64,000 bases of DNA from the NCBI GenBank assembly GCA_004022145.1, contig RCNU01000002.1; one strand, 5' to 3'. The stretch comes from Paecilomyces variotii (lineage: Eukaryota). Within the stretch, counting starts at the first letter, position 1; each line of letters begins with the position of its first letter. The position numbers were made by a program, and so were the translations under genes. The notes under the pieces were generated by a model. That model had not been told where the DNA came from, ran no database searches, and worked only from the letters and a program-made list of their open reading frames with translations. Below, one piece after another: positions 13,383 through 25,056 of this stretch.

Positions 13383-13775
13383 CGTGGCCGGCATGGGGAG
13401 AGAAGATAACGGAAAGAAATAAAGAAATGGAGGGAAGCAGAGAGTAAAATCCAACCCTCTCTCCCGTCAGATAGTACAATCAGTCCACGTAGGAAGTGCC
13501 CCGACGTGCACTCGACGTTCTCCGTCTGCTTCAGCGCAAGTCCGGAGACCAGAAGTTGAAGCGATTTTCCTGCCTGGCCCGTGCACCACCGACGCTTGGC
13601 GGCTGTTGGCCTAGCCCACTAGGAAAATAATATTTTCTTCCCGCTTTTTCAACTCCAATCTTTTTTTCCTTCTTTCCCTACTAGGCGCAAATTCCGCAAC
13701 AGCTTTTCGGCCTCCTTCTATCTTAGAAGAACCTAGCTTTGATTCTGTCGGTTAGGATCCTAAGTAGAAGTCAAA

Positions 13776-15971
13776 ATGGGTACCGGAAAGAAGGAAGCCA
13801 CCCGCCGCGAGCGGCAGGGCAAGAATAACGATGGCATGAGCAATGTCAGGACCAAGGGGGAGAATTTCTACAGGTGAGCCCTGCCTTCCTCTGTTCCAGT
13901 CCTGATGGCAAGCTAATCGTGTTGTTTAGAGATGCGAAGAAGATCAAGACCTTGAACATGTTCAAGGATGGCAAGGCGCAGAGAAATGCTGAGGGAAAGA
14001 TCACAAAGGCTGCTTCCTACCAGTCGAGAGAAGCCCCCGTTGCTCGTATTGAACCGAACCGTAAATGGTTCGGGAATACTCGTGTCATCTCCCAGGAGGC
14101 TTTGGCTTCCTTCCGAGAGGCGGTTGCCGAGCGGGCTTCCGACCCATACCAGGTTCTACTGAAGACGAACAAGCTCCCCATGAGTCTGATCAGAGACGGT
14201 CAGCCCAATGGGTTGAAACAACACCAGGCCAAGATTGCTGTCGAGGCTGCGCCTTTCAGCGACACTTTTGGGCCGAAGGCACAGAGGAAAAGAGTCAAGC
14301 TGGGCGTCGGCTCCATTGAAGACCTTGCTGGCGAGTCTGTCAAGATGCACGATGATTATCTTGACAGGTTGGACCAGGCGAAGCTGCTCAGCGGCAACTC
14401 TGGCGCAGCTGGGGGGGATGCCGACGAGGATGGAAACCTCACGCTGGCACGTGAACCGGTCTTCTCCAAGGGTCAGAGTAAGCGTATCTGGAACGAGCTT
14501 TACAAGGTCATCGATTCTTCTGACGTGGTTATCCATGTCGTGGATGCTCGTGACCCTGAGGGCACCCGTTGCAGGAGTATTGAGAAGTACATCCGCGAGG
14601 AAGCTCCCCACAAGCACCTGGTTTTTGTGCTCAACAAGTGTGATCTTGTCCCGACAAGTGTGGCTGTAAGTTTGATCATTCCCGTCTATCCTTTTTTTTT
14701 TTTTTTTTTTTTTCTTTTTTCTCTTATTCTACTCTGCCCTTTCCCGTGCCTTTCCGTGTCCTACAGACACGTTCCATTGCTAAGTCAAGGCTTCTTCCGT
14801 GCAATTCCTTTGCCGCCTCTCTATGGAAGTTTTGTCTGTTACAGCTTTGGTAGATCAACACTGGCCCGCCGCCTGGCTTCTTTCTGAACTCAGGTAGACC
14901 GGCCCTCGTTTTGAGGGCCGGTCACAAAGGGCCATGTCGTGCTTTGTTTGAGTTGAGGGCTGCTTCTGCTGTCCGGTGGCTTCATAGCAGTTCTCTTAGT
15001 AACATCCCACACATTCTACGAACCCAATCATTACTTGTTACGGGTTGCTAACTGATGCTCCCAGGCTTCTTGGGTTCGTCACCTCTCGAAGGAACATCCT
15101 ACTCTTGCATTCCACGCCTCGATCAACAACTCCTTTGGCAAGGGTTCCTTGATCCAGCTGCTAAGGCAATTTTCGTCTCTCCACTCCGATCGTAAGCAGA
15201 TCTCAGTCGGCTTCATCGGTTACCCCAACACCGGAAAGTCTTCTATCATCAACACCCTTCGCAAGAAGAAGGTGTGTACGGTAGCACCGATCCCCGGTGA
15301 AACTAAGGTGTGGCAATACATCACTCTGATGAAGAGGATCTACCTGATCGACTGTCCTGGAGTTGTTCCTCCGAGCAACAACGACACCGAAGAAGATATT
15401 CTTTTGCGCGGTGTCGTTCGAGTGGAGAATGTCGAAAACCCTGAACAGTACATCCCAGGAGTTCTGCGGCGGTGCCAGCCCCGACACATTGAGCGTACTT
15501 ACGAAATTAAAAACTACGCTGATGCGACGGAGTTTTTGAGTATTCTTGCTCGCAAGGGAGGCAGATTGCTTCGCGGTGGTGAGCCCGATGTAGACGGTGT
15601 TGCCAAGATGTACGTTCCTTTCTCTCTCCTAAATCCCCAGCCATATCTAACTTTGTACTAGGGTTATCAATGACTTCCTCCGGGGAAAGATCCCTTGGTA
15701 CACCCCGCCGCCAAAGGCTGATGGAAGTACAGACTCCAAGCTGGAGGGCAGAGAAGGCAGGCTAGGTGAGATGGCGCGGAAACGGAAGCGGGATGATGCC
15801 GTTTCGGAGAAGCAGCCTGAGGAGAAGGAGCAGTCAGCCAACGCAGAATCAGATGCAGGTGAAGATGAATTCGAAGGGTTTGAAGACGGAGATGCTGCTG
15901 GCTCCGACGACGAGGAGGACATCCAGTACGAGACGTCTGAAGACGAGGGAGACTCGCAGGACAATGACTGA
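13776..15971 (+). CDS. NOG2: Nucleolar GTPase Nog2, 4 exons (13776-13873, 13930-14665, 15065-15609, 15662-15971)
   Basis: MGTGKKE start; NGP1NT region; circularly permuted GTPase motifs [22 protein letters not shown]; canonical splice sites. Confidence 0.97.
14772..15016 (+). ncRNA. snR191: Intronic box H/ACA snoRNA, snR191/U19 (SNORA74) orthologue
   Basis: Lies in the 399-nt NOG2 intron 2. H box AGATCA 14852-14857; ACA 15011-15013. Pocket 1 (AGTCA 14783-87 / GTTAC 14838-42) and pocket 2 (GAGT 14950-53 / TAGT 14997-15000) are complementary to LSU rRNA helix 69, each 14 nt from its box. Yeast snR191 is also hosted in the NOG2 intron. Ends approximate. Confidence 0.88.
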
Positions 15972-16693
15972 ATGACCTGGTCTGGACTTCATTTCCGCTT
16001 CATCTATCTGCAAGAAAGAAGCAGAGGATCCAGCCTTTTAAGGACGAGGGACAGACCCTCTCGATCCCCCGCGTGTCCATTCAAGCCGCTCGCCGAACAG
16101 GAGCTGTTCACGTCATGAGAAGACAAGCAAGCCATGCCACGCTGGCGACTTGTTCACCGCAGGTCCCATCTGCAGCTGAGCCTGCAGCAGTTTGCGGCAA
16201 TCACTAGCTTGAGCTTGACGGGCAACTGCAGCATTTAGAGCCAATCCAGCTCATCCACCCGCGCCTCCAGCCTCCTAGAAGGATCCGGCTACACCCCAGC
16301 ACAGCCGGGGTAGCCACCCTAGATCCTCTGGCGATCACGCATCTTAGATACCCCACTGTCCTGTGAGACATTAGCAATGGCAATAGAAATACTCTCTATT
16401 TTGAAACCCGAATTGTTCATTTGTAGATGTGGATTGTGTAGCGTCGCGTGTTGACAACATTTAGCAAGCTGTGTTGGCTTGTTTTGCTCCGCAAGAGGCA
16501 GAGCTCACGTGGGGCCTGTTTGCCGCCTCACTCCACTGCCAGCTTAACCACGACGTTGCCCCAGGCATACGGGGAGAATCCCTGTCCTTGCTTGTAGGAT
16601 CAGTGGTATTTCTTCATTTCTTCTCTTGATGGCCATGCGACCACTACCCTTGATGTCTAGCATCGTCCGGAATGCCCGACTATTGCCTCCATA

Positions 16694-18872
16694 ATGGCGC
16701 AAGATGGCATGTCGATAATACCCTATCACGCCTCCAACCGTGACGTCGTACTGTAAGATTCTACACCTTGTCGAGGAGATAGGAATGTGTGTGTGTGTGT
16801 GTGATCAGAGAATTTGAATCTAATGTGCATCTGTTCTCAACAGGCGACATAATGACTCCGTTGTCGTCCTCGACCGTGAATCCCGGCAGCTGGTCATCCG
16901 AAGAGACAGCAACAGTCACAATGACAACGACATCGAATTGATCGACTGCCCATACTGTCATCGTCCCATGCGAGATGGAGAAGCTGGCCGCCAAGGACGC
17001 CATGGCTCAACCTCTAGCCAGGCAGAATTCGTCAATCCGGACTACTTCCGCTTGCTTCATAATAGCCTTCCCAACTCGACAGATACGCCAGGTCCGCCGT
17101 CTCCGCGTCGACGGCTCGTTCAACCGGTCCTCGCTGATGGACCGACGACTGGAAGTTCGGATGGTGGACGCACCCCCGGGCCACAAGGGATATCTGCCGC
17201 AGCTTTTTCCCAGAATTACTTCAAGAATTTCTTCGTGGAGGAGACTGAACTTGGGAGGGGTGGCAAAGGCGTGGTTCTGCTAGTTAAGCATGTGCTGGAT
17301 GGAGTCTCACTCGGTCATTATGCCTGCAAGCGTGTTCCTGTTGGAGATGATCACGAGTGGCTAGAGAAGGTCCTAGCCGAAGTGCAGTTGTTACAGCATC
17401 TCTCCCATCAGAACTTGGTCTCCTATCGTCATGTCTGGCTTGAAGACGTCAAGCTCACTACGTTTGGGCCAAGTGTGCCGTGTGCCTTCATTCTTCAGCA
17501 ATACTGCAATGCAGGAGACCTGCACAAGTATATCTACGGTTCCGCAGAGCGTCCGAGCACTGCACAGCAGTTGAAGGAACGTCTGAGGAGACGCTCGAAA
17601 GGGCAACCCGAACCACCATCGGATCTCTCACGTCCGAGGAAGCTTCACTTTGAGGAGATATACTCCTTCTTCAAGGACATCACTTCCGGTCTGCGTTTCC
17701 TTCATGCTAACGGCTACATCCATCGTGATCTGAAGCCTAGCAACTGTCTGCTGCATAAGACCGGAGATGAACTGCGGGTACTTGTAAGCGATTTCGGTGA
17801 GGTCCAGTCTGAGAATACCGCTCGCAGATCTACTGGCGCAACAGGCACGGTGTCGTACTGTGCACCAGAAGTCCTGCGCCAGGAGTATCCAGGAGGACCA
17901 TTCGGAAACTTCACATTCAAGTCCGACGTCTTCTCTCTGGGCATGATCCTTTACTTCCTCTGCTTCGCTCAGCTGCCTTACCGTAATGCTGACATCATCA
18001 ACGAAGAAAAGGAGGATCTTGACCAGCTCCGTGCGGAAATCAGTCAATGGGGTGGGTTTGATGATGAGCGTAGAATACGAGCGGATCTTCCTGAGAAACT
18101 ATACACTTTCCTCAGGCGATTGCTATCTGTCGACCCTGCCAGACGGCCTACTGCAGATGAAGTATTGACTGGCATCCAAGCTGGCGTGAATGGCAATGAA
18201 AACCGTCGCTTTGCGAGAGCAAGCTCTGCCAGTCCCGATTTCCGTTCCAGCTCTCGCATTCAGCCGGTTGATAGCCCGGCACCTGAATCTGATGCCCGAC
18301 TTACACAGTCACCGTCAAGGAGGACTGCCGTTGAAGCTGATGTTGGCATGCGTCAGAGCCCATTGTATGAATCGAGGAAAGGCGCGACCAGTCAGACTCC
18401 GGAGACTGATCGTCGTCTCTCGGGAAGCCCCGAGGGACACCTTATACTCCGTCCCCGGTATTCTCCGTCACCTTCTCTATCCCCGTTTGGGAGCCCCGAG
18501 CAGGACGATCATTATGGTTCTCACCACATCCACCGACCACCATTACTACCGCCGCCGCCAACTCGATTTTCTCTCCAAACGATTACTTTCTACCTGAGAT
18601 ATTTCTCTTACCGTCATGTCACCTTACCATTACTTCAGGTATCATTCTTCCTCGTCAAAATCATTGCTGCTTTCCAACCATGTTCCCCTCTGGCGGTGAA
18701 CCCCTGGGTGTTCTATCCTCTACTTTTCCTCGCTACCGTGACCCTCGGGGCACGGAGCGTCCGGGCCCAATCAGTTGCCCTGATTTTACATCTTGCAGTA
18801 GTAGCACTCTGTTACCGGTCTGCTCTTCTATGTCTGTTGGGCTTTCCAACCAACACTCCTATACTCTTTTAA
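16694..18872 (+). CDS. IKS1: IKS1-family Ser/Thr protein kinase with C-terminal hydrophobic segments, 2 exons (16694-16752, 16844-18872)
   Basis: GRGGKG, YACKRV, HRDLKPSN, SDFG, YCAPE, DVFSLG; N-terminal MSIIPYH...VVL|RHNDSVVV and CPYCHRP typical of IKS kinases. Confidence 0.9.
16786..16803. repeat. (TG)9 microsatellite in IKS1 intron
   Basis: Seen directly in sequence. Confidence 0.9.
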
Positions 18873-19036
18873 TGATCTGGTAGGGGACACCTGTAAACCT
18901 CTCACCAACTCACCGACTTCATCCACCTCCATCTCTGCAGCAACTCACTCGTGGACCATCATGCCAAAAGACTCTCCAGCCGAAAAGAAGCGTCGTCTTG
19001 ACGTTGGTTCTTGTGTCAAAAAGGAGACTTCCGAAG

Positions 19037-19638
19037 ATGGGGGAAGCCAAGGTGACTTTTGGGATCGATTCAAAAGGTCTACAAAACTTAACCCTGTTCA
19101 AGTCATTTAACTCACAGGAATATACCTGCAGACTTTTGTACTCTTCAGACCATTCTGATGTGAAACTACATATCGGCAAACAGATGATCCCGTTCCCTGG
19201 TCACTCACTCGCTCGTATTTCAAATACGTTGCCCCAGTCTCTGCCAACCCAGTTTTCAACCGAAAGGGATATAGCCTTTGAAGCGCACAAAGATACCTGG
19301 ATAGTCTCCATGATGCTAGAATACATTTACACTGGAAACTATTCGAGAGTCTTATCTCATTTCACCATAAGTAACATAATGCCAACCACCGGCCATTGTC
19401 TTCGCGTATCTCACTGATAAACTATTCTTCTAGAGCGGGGAATCATCAGTGCGCCTATCCTAACGCATACAAAACTGTTTTTTCTCGCTCATGAGATCGA
19501 GCTCGCGGGCTTGAAAGATATCTGCTACACTAAGTGCGAGGAGGCCTGGGTCTAGATGTGTCCACTTTGGAGATGGTGTATGCATTAGTGAAGGCTGTGG
19601 ATGTTTCGCTTAGAAAGCAACTGGGGATGGATGCGTAA
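19037..19638 (+). pseudogene. BTB/POZ-like gene, probably degenerate (putative intron 19371-19433; apparent frameshift near 19550)
   Basis: HSDVKLHIG...FPGH...MMLEYIYTGNY, then after splicing LTHTKLFFLAHEIELAGLKDIC; stop at 19553-55 while a BTB-like tail (VYALVKAVDVSLRK) continues in a shifted frame. Confidence 0.55.
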
Positions 19639-20082
19639 GGTCTTGTTATTCTCATTTCTGGGATGGACCAGAACGTAATCGGTTCTGTCAATGATGAATT
19701 GTCTTTTCGTGATCTAGAATCAATTCTTACTACTCACCACCCACGCCACACAATTATTTATTCTAGTGACTCGTCTCAAAATTTTCAGATACATGTTGGG
19801 TAGAACCGGGGATGGTTGGAGTTAACTACCAGTCATGCTGAGCCTGAATTAGGTCATCTGCCATCAGGAGTCTAAATAGGCAAAGTACCAACATGTTTCC
19901 TGGACATACCCGGCTCAGTCCTGCACTAAACTTCTCCAACTCATTTCACTTTTCTCTTTACATATAAAAGACAAAATCTCACCTTGATTCCTAATCTTTT
20001 CCTTGTCTAAACTATCCCCATTCTCAAGTCTGATTAGCCTCAACTTGGCTTCACACATCCTTTGGCCTGCCTGGTTTTCACG

Positions 20083-21248
20083 ATGGATCAGAATAGGTCA
20101 CCACATCGCGAGCCTACTCGCAGTCGTGGTTACAATCTCAGAAGTAATACCTTACCTTCTGATTCACTTTCTGCTTCACCTCCAGCCCCACGTTGCGAGC
20201 CTACTATCACTCCTGCCCACAATCTCAGGAGCAACACCCCACCTTCTGCACCACCTTTAACTGCACAGAGACTGTTTCTTGAGATCTATGATGCTATTAT
20301 CAATGCCAGAGACAGCAAAGAACTAATCTACGAAAACATTCCACGTGAGATTGGTTCTCTGGTCGCAGATTCTCTCGCCGACGAACCCCTTGTCGAGCGA
20401 GCATTTCCAAGGTAAGTCTGCATTCTACTTTAAATTAACTATTATGCGAGTATTCCTCATTAATAAATTTACTATTTCTTAGAATCCAGTTCAATTCAGC
20501 TAGAGGCGTTTTGCGTGTTCATATAATGCCTACTCCAATACATAACGTCTACCTACAGTGGATGAAGAACGAGCTGTTTCGTATGGTAATGGCTCAGTTT
20601 CTTACATTTGACGAGTTTGAGTATCTAGAGCTCAATGTTGCGACCAGTCAGTACAATTATTATAATCAGAACTTATATTCTAACTACGTCTTGCTAATAC
20701 TTATATAACTAGCGTTTACCGGGTTTTCTGGGGCGTATGCAGGCTCAAGCAAGGAGCCGGATCTTTATCTCCAACCTGATACAAGAGGGCTTTTACCTCG
20801 CGTTATCGTTGAGAGCGGTTGGTCAGAGAGCTGGCCGCATCTGCAGTCAGATAGGACCTTGTGGTTCTCCGGTGGGGTGGACGTAAGATATGTCATTCTC
20901 CTGAAGTGGACGAAAACTTCAAACGGCAGTGTCACGGGCATGATCGAAGTCTTCCATAGAAACCCTGCTGGCGCCGCAATTCTCCTTCACCACGAAGTAT
21001 GTTGTTTTCTTTTATCTTGGTTATTGGACTTCAATGTTTTACTAATGAAGATTTCTGATAATCTATAGCAGCTATTTCCGGTACCCACTCCTGCTGTTCA
21101 ACGAGATATACCTATAACGTTAGATGAGCTTTTCGGACCGCACCTATCGCCAGGTAAGAATCCGAACGCATATTTTCTGTTGTCTTTGAACAGGTTGCGA
21201 ATGCTAGCGAGGGAGAAAATACAGGCCATGGGCCTTATTCCCGCGTAG
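20083..21248 (+). CDS. Fungal PD-(D/E)XK-like (Uma2/restriction-endonuclease fold) protein, 4 exons (20083-20411, 20483-20646, 20713-20996, 21069-21248)
   Basis: In-frame splicing gives MPTPIH...SKEPDLYLQP...LPRVIVESGWSESWPHLQSDRTLWF; no internal stops; TATA-like CATATAAAAG at 19961-19970. Confidence 0.72.
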
Positions 21249-22168
21249 CTCGCAACCTGTTCAACGATGACTGAAAGACTGCATTCGGATTTCTGCCTTT
21301 CCGCGATAGCAACCAGGATTTGTAACAGAAGAGAAAAAGGACTTTGAGGAGCCATTCAAAAGGTATGCGACTTTATTATCGATCCTAGAACAGTTCAGAA
21401 GGGATTTGCCCGCCCGTTATAGGATGTCAGATCTAGGACCAGACCTCTAAGGATATTTGACTCCCGGGCTGGGCCCTGCATCCTGTTTGGTCTCGGAGTC
21501 TGGAATAATTCTTCACGACATTGGATCAAGAGGTTTAAACAAGCAGAGCGCGTGCTCTATGATGCTAAGACCCCCTCGCGGTTGCCAATACATGATGTAC
21601 GAATACTATTGCATTGCCAGGTGAAATGAAATGGCCACTGAAACAAAATCATTTTCAGTGGATGAGGATATTAGTCGATCATGCACAGGAAAATCTCGTA
21701 GAAATAAGTCTTTAGAACATGATGAATCTCTAGGGGTAGTGTGCCCCGGACTATATGCTGCTGCAATCGATATTAACCACCACTGGAGGGAACCGAGGCA
21801 CCATCATGCAACTTCTCCATGGTCGAAAACACCGACATTTATGGGCTGTTATCTCTTCAGGGGACTCTAAATCGATTGGCTGGTTTCCAAATCCTTCCGT
21901 CTGCCTGCCTGTGATGGGCCTTTGTGATCGTTCCATACCACTTTTCAATTCACTTCCACGCCACTATTGAATGCGCTTCTTATTCATTCTTTTTCTCCTG
22001 CACATCTGTCTATCCCCGCTGTTCCCCTTCCTGTCTCCCTCTGCTGGTGAAGTTTCGTTCTATCTACGTCGACATAATGCAACTACTCGCTTCGTATTAA
22101 GTTTCCCTTACCTTCCTGGTTAACAGTGGCAGTTTCCCATAATAGTTTCTAACATACATGTCACCGAA

Positions 22169-23238
22169 ATGTCTTCTCCCTCAGTTTTTTCGTCTCTTTT
22201 GAAACCTGTCGAAACAACCATCATGAGTACCTCCTTGTCTGTCGAGACTTTGGAAGAGGCTCTGAAAGTATTAGGTCCATACTTGAACTCGCATCTAGGT
22301 GCTGATCTCAAACTATATATGCCAGAAGTTATTCTTCACATTTCGGCAATTGGAAAATCCCTTGAAGCGAACACTCCTGACCGCGTCCTATTTTATAATC
22401 AGGAATCACACACATACTTACTATACGACGGATAGCGCGACTAATCTATAGTACGACTATAATCTTTGTGCAGCAACTTCTATTAATAAACATGATTATA
22501 GAGGGATTTATCCCTTCAAAATTGAGACAGAATGTGGTCATCAATACGCGCGGCCATGCGTGACATTATATAAGACGGAGAACCTACTATACGCGAATCT
22601 GTTATAAGTTGATTACTTTATACCTCTAATCAAACTCGAGGCCTACACAAAATGGCTCATCGCAGGGCCGAAATCTAGCAGGTATAATATTTGCGTAAAC
22701 AAAAGTCGGACGAGGGCCCTGAAGATTTGTGAGTTCATAAAACCCCCATTGGGAAGCAGTTGATCTAACAGGTATTATCTTATTAAGGACTACCCGCCAA
22801 CGCATTAAAGATAAGAATCAAAAGCGCAAGTCTACAACTGATACCCTGAACTCACTAATTCCTTCGAAAATTCCACGCCATACTAAAAGCGACGGGCGAG
22901 CAATTAAAGATATTAAATCTTTAATAGCCTTGCCTCCTAGAGGCAGAAGTTCTATTATCAAAATTAAAGATCCGAAAGCCTATTAAAAATCCCACCACCC
23001 CCCGTTATACCTTATAGCCCTAGGAGTCAATTGTCGTGAGCCGAAAGATTACCTTCGTTCAATTGCCATCGCGGAGAATGTGAGTTGCAAGCCGCATATG
23101 CAGTCCTTAGTACATTACTAACAGAGACAGTGTAAAAGGAGGGATAAACACTCCTGCCTTGTTACTCGGGGGGGTGATTACATTGAGGCTGCTCACATAT
23201 ACCCCTTCTTCGTCCTCTCCTCAGTCTTTGAGCCTTGA
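22169..23238 (+). pseudogene. Decayed HNH-endonuclease (HNH_2-like) gene region
   Basis: 23131-23238 translates CKRRDKHSCLVTRGGDYIEAAHIYPF (RD-x3-C-x2-T...AAHI-x-P); intron remnants GTGAGT...CTAACAG; many in-frame TAA/TAG; AT/TpA-rich. 5' limit uncertain. Confidence 0.62.
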
Positions 23239-23697
23239 GAGAGCGCACGTATAGTGCTTAATGCTAAATGGTCAATAGCGAACCCTCTGGAACAACTTCT
23301 GGCCCCTAAACTAGATATTATAATTAATACTTCTATATAGGAAATAGCCTACTTTTAATATAGCTCACTTATTAAAGATAATTTTTTATTATATTATTTA
23401 TTTCTTAAAACTTATAGCACCCACATTTACAGCAGAGGCAAAATATTTTTAATACCCTGATTACGCAGAGATATAAAATAGGCTTAACAGAGCCACAATG
23501 CTCTGTATTATCTAAGAAATTCATCGGAGAGCTGGGAACGTGCGTATTGGGAGCATACAAGTCTTTACAGGCACAATCACAAACATCCCGCTTGGCGAAT
23601 ATATATTAACAGAAGTGCAGTATAGCCGAACCTGATAAAATCTATTGAAGCTCACGTGGTTATCGCTAAAGCTAAAAATAAGGTATATAATGGCAAT

Positions 23698-23721
23698 TAT
23701 TACCATGGGAACTTTCTGTCT
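23698..23721 (+). repeat. Direct repeat copy 1 (TATTACCATGGGAACTTTCTGTCT)
   Basis: Matches 25057-25081 with one gap and one mismatch. Confidence 0.7.
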
Positions 23722-23908
23722 AACACTAGATTCTAGAGTTTAGCGCTTCGCGTGGAATTGGCATATATAATTATTTATTGTTCTTTATTTTCCCTTCTGC
23801 ATCCTCCTACTTAAGTTCAACTTATTGGCTGAAACTGCCCATATTTTAAGCTGCCCTGTTCTACCTTCGTCTATATATCGCTAGAGGTATCTGCTCACAA
23901 GCATTATC

Positions 23909-24814
23909 ATGACATTTCGTTCACGACCGACTGACTTCGATGCCCGATTCCTCCGCCGCCTCGTAGGGACAAAGGTCACTACTTTTGATGACCTCGACCC
24001 GCAACGGCCGTCTGCTCCCTCAGCGGTCTCCCGATCGTGGATTATCACGGAAAAGCTCGGGGAGAGAGCTGCTTATCTCTCACAGGAAGATATCGACAGA
24101 GTCGTCGGGTCTCCTATGACTGTTGGCAAATTTCTGTGCCACCTAGAGGAGGACCCGACGCAGATAGCCTTCATGCGAATATATTATCAGATTCCTTATA
24201 CTGGCACGGAGGACGCTGATCTGGCTACACTAGCCCAACAAGTCAAACCTCCTCAACCGCGTGGTGAACTAGAGGCGTTTAGGCTACTGATGCGTCACGG
24301 CTGTAGCTCTGTTCCACGTTTCCTTGGTTATTGCAGAAGAACACAAGAGGAACATGAGCTCGTCCCTGGTGGCTTTGTCGAATACCTCGTATGGGAAAAG
24401 GTGCCTGGGGAGCCTCTTACACAGGAATATTTCTGGAGCTTGGATCCCCTTGTACGACAAGATATTCGCGCCAAGTTTCGTGTTGCCTTTGAGTCAGTTT
24501 ACGCAAACCCAAGATAGCAGACAGACAAAACGCTAATACGATTAACAGAGAGATGCTGCGTTGCGGTGTAAAACCACAGTCGTCGCGTACCTCGAAGATC
24601 ATATATGATAAGTCCACTGGCAATGTGTACGTCAAGGATTCTATATATTTTTGGACTATTTACTAATGGATTCAGTCGCATTTCGGGTTTTCGAGGAGTA
24701 TGGCCAAGCGTTGGTAAACTTCAATGGTCAGACAACTTATATGTCGCATACGGGCTGGCTCGGCCTCGCGAAAATGGGGAGTGGCGTGATCTCCCGGAGA
24801 AATGGGAATTCTGA
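23909..24814 (+). CDS. Fungal kinase-like fold protein (probable pseudokinase), 3 exons (23909-24492, 24549-24626, 24676-24814)
   Basis: WIITEKLGE...AFMRIYYQIP...ELEAF...VPRFLGY...VPGGFVEYLVWEKVPG; splices in frame; catalytic-loop and DFG positions read KPQSSRTSKII and ISGF. Confidence 0.72.
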
Positions 24815-25056
24815 AAGGTCAGCAATAAATGTTGCAGTTAGTGAGCATCAGATTAAGATTAATTCGCTGCTCTCCGTCAAAAGTGCGTTGAGATATTCGC
24901 GTTTTAAAGTTTCAAATGCCTTAGCAAAGGTCGTGCATCAGGTGAGACCGTGCACCGAGTGATTAGGTCCAGTATGCTATTTGAAACTGTAAGCGAATTG
25001 AGCTATACATCTAACGAATGTCCGAATGTAGTGAATTCTTCTAAAGCTCACAATAC

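Noticed and set aside
14666..14887. Read-through of the NOG2 ORF into a poly-Phe tail
   Set aside because: This is intron 2 (poly-T tract plus snoRNA); the GTPase resumes at 15065
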